Below are positions 53,360 to 62,226 of a stretch of DNA of 64,000 nt, one piece after another. Positions within the stretch are counted from its first letter, which is position 1, and the number at the start of each line of letters is the position of its first letter. The DNA lies in the NCBI GenBank assembly GCA_963707985.1, contig CAVPRW010000010.1:288001-352000 (forward strand), written 5' to 3'. A model generated the notes under the pieces. The model ran no database searches. It was not told the origin of the DNA and saw only the letters and a list, made by a program, of their open reading frames with translations. Both the position numbers and the translations under genes were made by a program. This DNA is from an uncultured Nitrospinota bacterium. Its GTDB lineage: Bacteria; Tectomicrobia; Entotheonellia; J063; CAVPRW01.

Positions 53360-54277
53360 TTAGCCCAGCAACGCGCCGCGCGTCTTGGTTGGCAGCCGGT
53401 AGACACTGGTGCGTGCGGTCAGGAAGAGGACGCTCCCATCCTCGCCCCAGGCCAGATTCGCCGGCAGCTCCGGCAGGACGATGCGGCCCAGCCGTTCGCC
53501 ATTGGGGCGATACACCCACACGCCGCCGGGTCCGGTGCTGAACACGTTGCCTTGCAGGTCCACCTTGAAACCGTCCGCCACGCCTGGGTCATTCGACGGC
53601 ATCTCGAATGGGATCCGACCGTTGGTGAGCGTGCCATCCGGGCGCACGTCAAACGCCCGAATATGCCCGTGGGCCGAATCGGCGACATACAGAACCGACT
53701 CATCGGGGGAAAAGGCCAAGCCGTTCGGCAGGGCAAAGTCATCAACCAGCAAGCGCAGGGTACCGTCCGGATTGAGACGGTAGACGCCATTGTAGGGCAA
53801 TTCTTTGCCCGGAATGGGCGCGGTCCACCATGCTGGAGGCCGCGGCATACCAGGGGTGCTGGGTTGGATGGCGTAGGGTGGGTCGGTGAAGTAGATAGAG
53901 CCGTCGGACTTCACCACGATGTCATTGGGGCTGTTAAGTCGCTTGCCTTCGAAACGCTCCGCCAACACCGTGCGGCTGCCGTCGTCCGCGACGCGAGTGA
54001 CGCAGCGGCCATCGTGACCTGCTGCCACCACATGTCCCTGGCGATCGAGCGTCAGGCCATTGGACATCCCCGTGGCGTAGGTGGCCAGCTCGGGGCCCTC
54101 CGGCAGCCGGCGCCAGCGCACGATACGTTTGTTGGGAATATCGCTGAAGAGCAGGTATGTACCGCGCCATACCGGCCCTTCCGTAAACCCCAACCCGCCG
54201 GCGATGCGTTCGATGGGGGTGTCGGGGGCAATCAGATCGTGTAGTCCAGGGTTGTAGACTTCCAAAGGTGCCATCAC
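53360..54277 (-). CDS. SMP-30/gluconolactonase family protein
   Basis: FTEGPVW, SNGL, LNSPND, YFTDP, PNGLAFSPD, DGFKVD. Confidence 0.93.
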   Translation of the reverse strand: MMAPLEVYNPGLHDLIAPDTPIERIAGGLGFTEGPVWRGTYLLFSDIPNKRIVRWRRLPEGPELATYATGMSNGLTLDRQGHVVAAGHDGRCVTRVADDGSRTVLAERFEGKRLNSPNDIVVKSDGSIYFTDPPYAIQPSTPGMPRPPAWWTAPIPGKELPYNGVYRLNPDGTLRLLVDDFALPNGLAFSPDESVLYVADSAHGHIRAFDVRPDGTLTNGRIPFEMPSNDPGVADGFKVDLQGNVFSTGPGGVWVYRPNGERLGRIVLPELPANLAWGEDGSVLFLTARTSVYRLPTKTRGALLG

Positions 54278-54378
54278 TCCTCCTCATCATGCGGCGTGAT
54301 CAGACAGCTCCACCGACCGTGTGACCCATCGCAGGCATCGGCCCACCCCTGCTTCGCACCCGATTCGGCCCGTTCGGC

Positions 54379-55085
54379 CTACCGTGTAGTGGGTGCCGTC
54401 GCCCAGTCCACGCCATTCAGCACCAGCTGCTGAAACGCTGGGGTCTGAAAGCTCCGTCCATCATGGCCAAGCAACAGCACAAAGACCTTGCCCGTCACCG
54501 TATGGCCGCGTCCACCCCAGGGGAAAGGTGCCACCGGGCATGGGCTTGGGCTGCCGCTGCGGCCCCCAGGGATGCGTGCCGTCCGCCGCATCCGCGGTGA
54601 TAAACACCTCATTGCCTGTGGTCAATGCCAGGCCCATGTATAGCTCATCAGGAGTCTTGAAGTCTGACACGCCACGGACGCCAGGATGGCTAGGCGCACT
54701 CACGTGGACGGTAAACTCGCCGTAAGGTGGATGGAAACTCGTGCCGGTGATCCACCCTCCGCCAGTGATTTCATGATATTCCGGCCAGGCTTTGGGCAAA
54801 CACGTGGAGATGTGGAGACAAACAAAGCCCTTGCCCGAGCGGATGAAATTCTTTCAGGCCGTCTTGTTCGGCCGGCGACAAGGTGAGGTCTGGCATCTCC
54901 GGGACGGCTTCCCGGCGCGTATTGAAAACCACCGCGTCGTATCCCGACAGGTCTGCGGCACGGGACAGGACCGCGGCGTCTTCGGTAATGGTCACCTCAT
55001 GACCGGCCTTGCTCAGAAAGTCTCCCAGGATCGGGGTGGATTCGTGATACGGGTGCCTGCCTCCAGACAAGACGAGCAGCTTCAT
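54379..55085 (-). CDS. ThuA-like domain protein, two frameshifts
   Basis: LVLSGG.HPY, YDAVVFNT, DELY, WTRPYG.GKVF..LLGHD....NGVDWA across three frames. Confidence 0.8.
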
Positions 55086-55267
55086 GGGTTGGTCCCTCCT
55101 ATGGTTGGTGTGAGAAGAATAGTTCGGGGACATTATACGCGAGTCGTAGTGACACTGGAAGAAAACACTCCGTCCGTCAACTATCCCTCGGGCCAGAAAG
55201 CGGCTTCAAGCACGTGCTCGGCCGTCCAGCGGCACGTGGGGGGAGGTTTCTGCCGTCAGTCCACCCG

Positions 55268-56282
55268 CTATCGTTTCGGAGTCGGCACAGGTATACCCGC
55301 AATCTTCACGTTGACCGCGCCCAGGTGGTTCCTGCTGGTGAAATACAGGGTTTTCCAGTCATCACCGCCGAAGGCGAGGTTGGTGGTGGCGGGCGCCCCG
55401 TGGACGATGCGGCCCAGCTTCTTGCCGTGCGGATCCATGATCCAGATCCCGCCCGCTCCGCCACAATAGACGTTGCCTTCCACATCCACCTTCATCCCAT
55501 CGGGATTGCCGGGTTCGTCGCCGCTGAGGTCGGCAAAGAGGCGGTCAGTCTGCTTCGCGAGCATGCCGGTGGGCTGGACGTCGAAGGCGCGGATGTGCCG
55601 GCGCCGGGAGTCATTGATGTAGAGCACGCTTTCGTCGGGGGAGAACGCCAGCCCGTTGGGCTGGACAAAGGTATCGACCAAAAGGCTCATGGTGCCGAGA
55701 TCTGGCGTGACGCGGTAGACGCCGGCAAAGGTCAGGTCCCACTGGTCGGGAACGATGCCAGCGTTCGGGTCGGTGAAGTAGTAGCAGCCGTCGGACTTGA
55801 CCACGACGTCATTAGGCCGGTTCAGCCGCCGCCCCTGGAAGCTGTTGGCGATCACGGTGAGGCTGCCATCCAGTTCCTGCCTGGTGACACGTCTAGTCTC
55901 ATGCTCGCAGGCGATCAAGCGGCCCTTAAGGTCGCGGGTTAGCCCATTGGCCCGGTTCGTCGGCTCGTGGAACACGGACACACCTTGGCCGGGGACATAC
56001 TTCATCCGCCGGTTGTTATGAATGTCACTGAACAGCAGATAGCCGGCCTTCCTTCCACCAGACCGGTCCTTCGGCTGGTCCCAGGGGCCCGCCGAATCCC
56101 TCGGCCAATTCCTGGATAGAGTCTGACGGGGAGATGATCTTGTCCAGCTCCGGAGCCCATGGCTCGATCCGCTTTGACGATTGGGAGAATACGCGGGTGA
56201 CACCACTAGACATCGCAAGCCCTCCTATGGCCACAGCCATGCCCAACATGTGTCGGCGTGAGATGCCGTTCTGAGCATTCAT
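55268..56282 (-). CDS. SMP-30/gluconolactonase with Tat-type signal, frameshift near 56050
   Basis: SRRHML leader; AEGPVW, ANGL, LNRPND, PNGLAFSPD, PDGMKVD. Confidence 0.88.
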
Positions 56283-56353
56283 GGTGACCCCTTTCGAGAT
56301 ATGTGTTGCGGCAACGGTGAAGACTGGTAGTGTTGGGTTCAGAAGACCTATAG

Positions 56354-56545
56354 CTATTCACGTCCGTATCTTTCTAAGAAGGTTTGAGGTGTCAACACCT
56401 CAAGGCACGAAAAATATCGTAAGAAATCCCTCGGATTCGTTGTCAGTAAGCGTCCTGAGTCGTGGACAGCGTTCGCCCCCATCAAAAAATCCGGGATAAG
56501 TACTTCCTGGCGGCCGCCATGGCGTCTGTATTCGGCCTGGGCTGT
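56354..56545 (-). pseudogene. C-terminal fragment of a PIN-domain toxin
   Basis: YRRHGG...LIPDFLMGANA....LLTTNPRDF.RYF..L. Confidence 0.7.
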
Positions 56546-57350
56546 CGTGACAACTCCTGTTGTGTGGCACGCCATCGCTCTGGCTTCGTCCGGTCGCTTG
56601 CCGTTGTCGGGCATCCGCCACCACTCTTCGCCAGTCATCACCGTACGCGTCGTCAGATGGTCTCACCGACGCCTCGGGTATAGCATAGGCCTCATGGACC
56701 CGTCAATGTGCGGCGTGACTCTGCAGTAGCCGCTTGGGACAACCGGTCTCTGCATCTAGGGACAACAACGTCCTTTTGCCACAGCGCCCTCGGGAGCGCG
56801 CCCCCTGGCGCCCCCAGCGGTACCCGCCAGCAGACGCGCCTTGCTGGGTACGGGGGACAACGAAGAGAGCACGCGCGCGTGGCTCTGCGACTCTCCTGAA
56901 GGTAGACAGACCCCTCAGGCAGGGGTCTGTAGGACCTTCAACGGCGGCAGATGGCTCAGCTGCGTCAAGACAATCCCGATTCAGTGGGGCAATGCCTGCA
57001 TCGGCGAACACACTGGGGAGATTTTCTGCTCTGAGCTCGGCCGGAGCAGGCAGAGCCTGACCATGCTGGCCGAATCTGGAGGGGTTAAGGGGTGTGGCCG
57101 ATCGTGCCGCGGCCGTGAGACCCCGCTCCGCTTCCTTTGGACTTTCCTTCCTGTGTCGAATGGCATACCATGGAGGTTGCAAGGAGCGCTTGTCGACGAG
57201 ACGACATCGCCAGACACGGGTCCAGCCGATGGGCATATTAACAAAGGGCGCTGGGTGGTGCTCTTTACGCCGTAGGAAAAGAGGCAAATCCCATGACCGA
57301 CGAGCGCGTGGTGAAGGGAAACGTCATGGGGCTGGAAGGAGCGGTGTGTC

Positions 57351-57580
57351 ATGCCCCTGAGGATTGAGTTACCCGAGGATCTCATCCATGACCTCGAGCA
57401 AGAGGCCTCACGGCGGTAGGTCCTACTTGCGGAGATGATCCGCGAGGTCCTGCAGATGTGGCGGGCCAGCCGTGAGACGCCAGCGCACGACCGAGAGCTG
57501 CGGGTGGAAGAAGATGTGATCCAGTGCGCCGTTGGCCTCATGAACCAATACCCTCTCCGCACCGCAGCCATTTTGCGGGT
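57351..57580 (+). pseudogene. Collapsed antitoxin-toxin relic
   Basis: AAGGAG RBS, MPLRIELPEDL..DLEQEASRR*VLLAEMIREVL (RHH-like, TAG at 57417) running into AVGLMNQYPLRTAA (PIN-like). Confidence 0.5.
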
Positions 57581-57703
57581 GTATAGTAGAAGGCCATTGG
57601 CCTCTTGCTTGTTGAGATGGATCAATCGACGCTTCGAAGCCGGGCGCGTGCCTACTTGCTAAGGGCTCGGGGAAGTCACAGATGGCATGCAGGGAGATAA
57701 CCG

Positions 57704-58336
57704 ATGCCGGCCGTAGTGACGCCAGTTGGACAATGTGTCATCGTGCAGGGGGTCAGTTGGCACACATATGCCTGTCTGCTGGCCGATTTTGCGGACAGTA
57801 GCGGCGCCCGAATGGCCTATGATCAGGGCACATTGGAGATCATGGCACCGTCATTCAAGCATGAACAAGCAGCGGATCTCTTGGCCGACGTCGTCAAGGC
57901 GGTGGCCGAGGCCCAGGCACTCGACGTCGTCCCAGCGGGTTCGACCACGTTCAAGCGAGAAGACGTCGAACGGGGCTTTGAGCCGGACGCCTCCTTTTAT
58001 CTTCAGCATGCGGCCGACGTGCGTGGGCGTGCGACGATTGATCTCGCTGTCGATCCGCCACCGGATGTCATCATCGAAATCGATCTGACCCATCCCTCGT
58101 TAGACAAGTTCCCCATCTACGCCGCCCTTGGTGTACCGGAAGTGTGGCGCTATGATGGGCAACAGATGCACATCTATCGCCATGTTGATGTCGCCTATAC
58201 CGAAGTGCCAGAGAGCGAGGTCCTGCCGGGTGTCACGAGTGCCTCTCTGATCCAGTTGGTGCAACTAGGGCTGCAGCTGCCGCGTCTGGTTTGGATCGGG
58301 CGGGTGCGGGTGTGGGCCGAGTCCCTCACGGCGTAG
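57704..58336 (+). CDS. Uma2 family endonuclease-like protein
   Basis: VSW..Y, YDQGTLEIM.PS..HE, GSTT, EPDASFY, PPD..IEID, K..IYAALGVPEVWRYDG. Confidence 0.93.
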   Translation: MPAVVTPVGQCVIVQGVSWHTYACLLADFADSSGARMAYDQGTLEIMAPSFKHEQAADLLADVVKAVAEAQALDVVPAGSTTFKREDVERGFEPDASFYLQHAADVRGRATIDLAVDPPPDVIIEIDLTHPSLDKFPIYAALGVPEVWRYDGQQMHIYRHVDVAYTEVPESEVLPGVTSASLIQLVQLGLQLPRLVWIGRVRVWAESLTA

Positions 58337-58515
58337 TGCGCATACGTTTCCCCCAGGACCTCCGCCCGAGGGAGGCATCAGGACTGTGTAGCGTGCCAAC
58401 ACAGGGAACCAGCTCCGCTCCAACCATGCCATGGCCTCCCACGGCGAGTAGCGGCCGGGCGAATAGGGTTGCAACAGCCCTTTTTTGCGCCGGCACGTCA
58501 TGAACGCTCTCAGCC

Positions 58516-59049
58516 TTAAGCCCAGCGGCAGTGCAAGGCGCGCTCGGCGATCGTCCCCAGCCGTCGGCCCGTCTCTCCGATCCACGCCACCGGCAGACCA
58601 CTGCGCCACAAGATGGGCTTGAGTGCTGGCAGCCGACGCCGGGGCACGCGGCGGGGCCAGGCCCGGAGGGCGTCCAGGGCGGCTGCCTTGCCGGCGGCGC
58701 TGGTGGTCGGGGGCACGACCACCTCCCAGTATTTCCCCTGCCGGATCAGCAGCACATGCCCGGGCAGATGCGTGGCAAACCAGGCGTGCTGCTGCGCCAG
58801 GCGCAGGGCATGTCGGGGCACGGGACAGCGGTACACGACCTGGCTTCCCTGCCAGTGCACATACTCGTCGAGCCAGGGGTAGCGCTGCTGCAACCCCTGC
58901 AGCAGCCGGTGGCTGGAGGCCTTGCCGAGGTGGCCCAGATACGAGCTCAGCCACTGGTGGAGCTGCTCCAGCAGCGGCCAGGACCAGGGGAAGACGGCCC
59001 GGCCATCGGCGTCGTCGGCCATCCCCAGCCGGCGCAGCGTCTGCTCCGT
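58516..59049 (-). pseudogene. C-terminal remnant of a DGR-type reverse transcriptase with a MutS-I-like tail
   Basis: LSSYLGHLGKASSHRL thumb-type motif, then RYPWL, VLLIRQGKYWEV, LPVAWIGETG; no YxDD core; downstream of and co-oriented with avd. Confidence 0.75.
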
Positions 59050-59153
59050 CGGCAGTCCGGTTTGGCCGCCATGCACCGCCGCACAATTGTGCCCGGAATC
59101 GACCTTCCGTCCACGCGACCAACCGCGGCAACCGCAGGAAAAAGGTTCCCTGA
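59050..59153 (+). pseudogene. 3' end of a REP-associated tyrosine transposase (RAYT-like)
   Basis: GSPVW...TAAQL.PESTFRPRDQPR..QEKGS resembles the RAYT tail (W...TA..LGLESTLRPRGRP) and ends in the inverted repeat. Confidence 0.55.
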
Positions 59154-59220
59154 CAACTTTACCCTCTTCTGAAAATATGCTATCGTTGCTATCATTCAGT
59201 GTGCGGAGAAGGGGGAAGAG

Positions 59221-59460
59221 ATGGCGAATCTTGTGGTCAGGAATCTTGATCAACGCGTCGTCGATGCGCTCAAACAACGTGCGGCCAGGCATGGGAGGAG
59301 CGCCGAAGCCGAACACCGGGCGATCCTTGAAGAAGTGTTGTTAGTGACGCCTCAGAAGAGGAGCTTTGCGGAAGCCCTGGCCTCGATGCCGAATGTCGGA
59401 CAGGATGAGGATTTCGAGCGCCTCGAGGACGCCGACGAAGACGTACATGTATTTGATTGA
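59221..59460 (+). CDS. fitA: FitA-like ribbon-helix-helix antitoxin
   Basis: MANLVVRNLD......LKQRAARHGRSAEAEHRAIL. Confidence 0.9.
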   Translation: MANLVVRNLDQRVVDALKQRAARHGRSAEAEHRAILEEVLLVTPQKRSFAEALASMPNVGQDEDFERLEDADEDVHVFD

Positions 59461-59869
59461 TACCAATGTTATCAGTGAGGCAAGAAAGCGCGCCAAAGCC
59501 AACCGAGGCGTGCGCGAGTTCTTTCGCCGGGTCACAGCGGAGAGGATCCCTGTTTTTCTTTCCGTTATCACGGTTGGGGAGCTGCGGCGAGGCGTTGAAT
59601 TGATCCGCCATCGCGGTGACCATCGCCAGGCGGAGCGGTTGGAGACGTGGTTAGAAGCTCTGCTTATCGAGTACCCGGAGGGTATCCTGGACATCGATCA
59701 AGATATTGCGCAGCTTTGGGGTCGCCTTCGCGTGCCGCATCCAGAGAACGCCCTGGATAAGCAGATCGCGGCAACGGCGCTGATTTACGACCTCACCGTC
59801 GTCACCCGTAATCAGGCGGACTTTCGCCAGACGGGAGTATGCCTGTTGAACCCGTTCGCAGCATCATAG
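59447..59869 (+). CDS. vapC: PIN-domain (VapC/FitB) toxin
   Basis: MYLIDTNVISE, SVITVGEL, D.QIAATA, VVTRN..DF; overlaps the antitoxin stop. Confidence 0.93.
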   Translation: MYLIDTNVISEARKRAKANRGVREFFRRVTAERIPVFLSVITVGELRRGVELIRHRGDHRQAERLETWLEALLIEYPEGILDIDQDIAQLWGRLRVPHPENALDKQIAATALIYDLTVVTRNQADFRQTGVCLLNPFAAS

Positions 59870-59913
59870 TGGGAGGAAAAGGTGTCAGGGACTGTTTTTC
59901 CCGAGACGGCGCA

Positions 59914-60159
59914 TTGCTGACAGAGCCGGGCCAGCACCTTGAACCATTCCAGCTCCTGGCGCAGGTGTGCCAACACCGGCCCCCGGTCGCGGCTGTCGTT
60001 GGCCTCGATGATGCGCTCAAGAATGCGACGGCTGCCGTCGCGCAGCTCGGTCCCCAGGGTGTACTTGTGGTAGCGGCCGAACTGGCGCACGAGCTTTTCG
60101 ATGTGCACCGCCAGATCGAAGGCGGCGCGATAGATGGGCAGATGGTCATCGCGGGCCAT
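59914..60159 (-). pseudogene. avd: Avd-like four-helix-bundle DGR accessory protein, 3'-truncated
   Basis: HLPIYRAAFDL.......V..F.RYHKYTLG.ELR...LE..KVLARLC; homology stops at the inverted repeat. Confidence 0.85.
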
Positions 60160-60520
60160 GCGCGGGGTTCCCTTGTGCGCTGACCCCCTCCGCCGGCAGG
60201 CCGCAGCGCACTCGGATCACCTCGGCCAGCCGGCGTTCTTTGTCGCCATCCTGCATAGCCACCGCCACCGAGTGGCCGGCCCGGACCAACTTGCCCACAG
60301 AGGCGTCCAGCCCGGACCGGGGAAAGCCGCCGACCACCACCGGGTCGTCCACCTCTCCGGCCATCTGCAGTTTCAGGCCAGTCACCTGGGAGACCGTCCG
60401 CGCGTCTTGATCCATGACCTGCATGAACGCCCCCACCTGCATCAGCAAGAGACAATCCGGCACCTCCTGCTTCAGCTCACGGTACCGCATGAGCAGCTTC
60501 CGGGAGAGGATCATGCCCAT
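60146..60520 (-). CDS. Stand-alone MutS domain I-like protein (DGR MSL accessory gene)
   Basis: YRELKQEVPDCLLLMQVGAF......DA......GLKL, GFP...LD....KLVRAG.SVA. Confidence 0.88.
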   Translation of the reverse strand: MGMILSRKLLMRYRELKQEVPDCLLLMQVGAFMQVMDQDARTVSQVTGLKLQMAGEVDDPVVVGGFPRSGLDASVGKLVRAGHSVAVAMQDGDKERRLAEVIRVRCGLPAEGVSAQGNPAHGPR

Positions 60521-60546
60521 GGCCCTCAGCCAAAAAATGTGGCGTG

Positions 60547-60567
60547 GCAGGGGGGTATCCCCCCTGC
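60547..60567. promoter_or_regulatory. DGR target-recognition-type GC hairpin
   Basis: GCAGGGGGG-TAT-CCCCCCTGC, perfect 9-bp stem and 3-nt loop, about 40 bp downstream of the target stop. Confidence 0.75.
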
Positions 60568-60606
60568 ACCCCCCAAAGCGTCCAAAGCCTCAAAGCGTCG
60601 AAGAAT

Positions 60607-60790
60607 CTATTCTCCCCCCCGGACTGCCCACACAAGGTTGGAGAGGCCCTCGACGAGCGCGTTGGTGCTGCCGCCGCTCAGGTTGACGACCCACGCGTAG
60701 TCCGAGAGGCCCGCGAGCGTGGTAGACGACCAGTAGTTGGTCAACGATGTACAGTCCATGACACCTGCGCACACGCCCGCTGCCAGGGGT
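60607..60790 (-). pseudogene. DGR target gene 3' end: DUF1566/C-type lectin-like variable repeat
   Basis: NYWSSTTLAGLSDYAWVVNLSGGSTNALVEGLSNLVWAVRGGE*; variable positions are mostly NNC codons; no long upstream ORF. Confidence 0.85.
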
Positions 60791-60973
60791 ACAGGTGGGC
60801 GACGCTGGCGCATCGTTCCAGGCACCTCACTGCGCCGCTACTGGCCAGCGGGAGATCGTGCCTTGCCTGGTGTGGGGCGGCCGGCACGGCGCGTTCCGGC
60901 ATCTCAAACGCGACTTCCCACGGGGGTGACGTCCGCACAAGGTCGTTTACGGGGAGACTTTGCAGAGATTGAC

Positions 60974-61002
60974 TTGACTAGCATGCTTCTTTTGTTTACA
61001 AT
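60974..61002 (+). promoter_or_regulatory. sigma70-type promoter, probably leaderless
   Basis: TTGACT-N17-TACAAT ending 6 nt before the ATG at 61009. Confidence 0.6.
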
Positions 61003-61008
61003 CAAAGC

Positions 61009-61521
61009 ATGCAGAAGCAATCGGCCGTGATGGAAACCTCTTTCTGGGTGTTGGGCCATCGGGTGGATGTCCTGTCCTACCTGTTTCGCTTGTTCACGGT
61101 CTTCGTTCCGGAGGCGGTCCGCGTTGAGGTGTTGGCGCCAGATCCGCGTTACCCTCAGCGGGTCTACGGCTATCAAGAGATGTTTCGACTGCTCGAAGGT
61201 CAAGGCACGCTTGCCATCCGCAACCCGACCCAGCGTTGGCCGCAGTTCCATGCTGGCGAGGCCGCTGCCCTGGCGCTGGCCCAGGAAGAGGGCTGGTGGC
61301 TGCTGATTAATGAGCAACAGGCCCTCACGTTGGCGCGGCGGCGCGACCTCAAGGCGGTGACGGTGCCCGAGTTCATCGTCTATCTCTATCAGGCGCACGT
61401 GCTGTCCTATCGGAGCGCGCTCAGCAAGTTGGACGAGATCGCCCCCAACACCGGACAGCGGGTCATGCAGGCCGCCCGGCACACATTTCTGGAGCTCGCG
61501 CAACGTCGTGGAGAGGGGTGA
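61009..61521 (+). CDS. Divergent PIN-domain protein (DUF3368-like)
   Basis: VMETS, VFVPEAVRVEV, HAGEAAALALAQE....LLINEQ.A...AR. Confidence 0.75.
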   Translation: MQKQSAVMETSFWVLGHRVDVLSYLFRLFTVFVPEAVRVEVLAPDPRYPQRVYGYQEMFRLLEGQGTLAIRNPTQRWPQFHAGEAAALALAQEEGWWLLINEQQALTLARRRDLKAVTVPEFIVYLYQAHVLSYRSALSKLDEIAPNTGQRVMQAARHTFLELAQRRGEG

Positions 61522-61527
61522 AGTGAC

Positions 61528-61881
61528 ATGCCGAACAAACCGAAACCAACAAGACGGGCCAAACGGGTGACGAAATCGATCCGCCTGACCCCCGAGGAAG
61601 CGGAGGAATTGGCGCGGCTGGTGGAAGGGACGGCGTATGCGGAAGCCGCGCTGCTGCGACAGTGGGTGCTGGCTGGGATGCAGCAGTTTCGGGTTACCGA
61701 AGCTATCCGTGCCTATCAAGAAGGGCACGTGGATTTGCGGGCGGCCGCCGAGCGCGCTCGCCTGCCCGTCGCGGTGCTCCTTGAAGAACTGGCCGCGCGC
61801 AAAGTCGCCGTGCTCGAGGATGCTGATGCCTTTGGTCCTGGGCTTGAGTCCCTGCGGGGAGCCTTCGGAGAGTTTCCGTGA
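61528..61881 (+). CDS. UPF0175-like antitoxin with N-terminal ribbon-helix-helix
   Basis: KSIRLT.EE..EL, AIRAYQEG.VDL..AAERA.L. Confidence 0.75.
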   Translation: MPNKPKPTRRAKRVTKSIRLTPEEAEELARLVEGTAYAEAALLRQWVLAGMQQFRVTEAIRAYQEGHVDLRAAAERARLPVAVLLEELAARKVAVLEDADAFGPGLESLRGAFGEFP

Positions 61882-62226
61882 GAGCAGGCTGTGAGTGGCA
61901 GCGGAACCGCTATGCAGGGCCATGCGTATGAGGTCCAGTGCGACTCACGACCCAGAGTGTCCGGCAACAGAGCGAGCTCCTAGAGGTTTCTAGAGATTTG
62001 GGGTCAGGTCTTGACTCGATGTTGGTCCCATGGGACGTTCTCGCGACCAGTGGTGCTTGCCGTCCGTGGTGTAGATCGCGATCCGTAGCCCGAAGAGCGT
62101 CATCTAGGACGATGGGATGAGCGTCACCCGCGGCATCAGGTCCAGCAGCTCCGGGCGGCCTGGCTTTAAGCAGGCGCCTGTCAGGCCCAGTGTTGGCCTG
62201 ATATGACAGCTAGCTGTCAGACAAGC

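Larger units (their letters stand above)
59137..59901. mobile_element. fitAB cassette bounded by 24-bp imperfect inverted repeats
   Basis: GGAAAAAGGTTCCCTGACAACTTT (59137-59160) and AAAGGTGTCAGGGACTGTTTTTCC (59878-59901), 20/24 complementary. Confidence 0.7.

Noticed and set aside
23709..56282. Frameshifts in aor, the family-5 binding protein, CHRD, ThuA and SMP-30 genes as programmed frameshifting or true pseudogenes
   Set aside because: These are isolated single-base shifts in otherwise undegraded genes, with no consistent slippery motif. Sequencing or assembly indels are the simpler explanation; reads are needed.
56700..57300. Possible ncRNA or gene in the gap before the antitoxin relic
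   Set aside because: The overlapping ORFs have no motifs and I could not support any RNA structure.
58516..59049. Group II intron or retron as the source of the RT fragment
   Set aside because: No intron domain V/VI-like end was seen, and the avd, MSL, hairpin and VR context favours a DGR.
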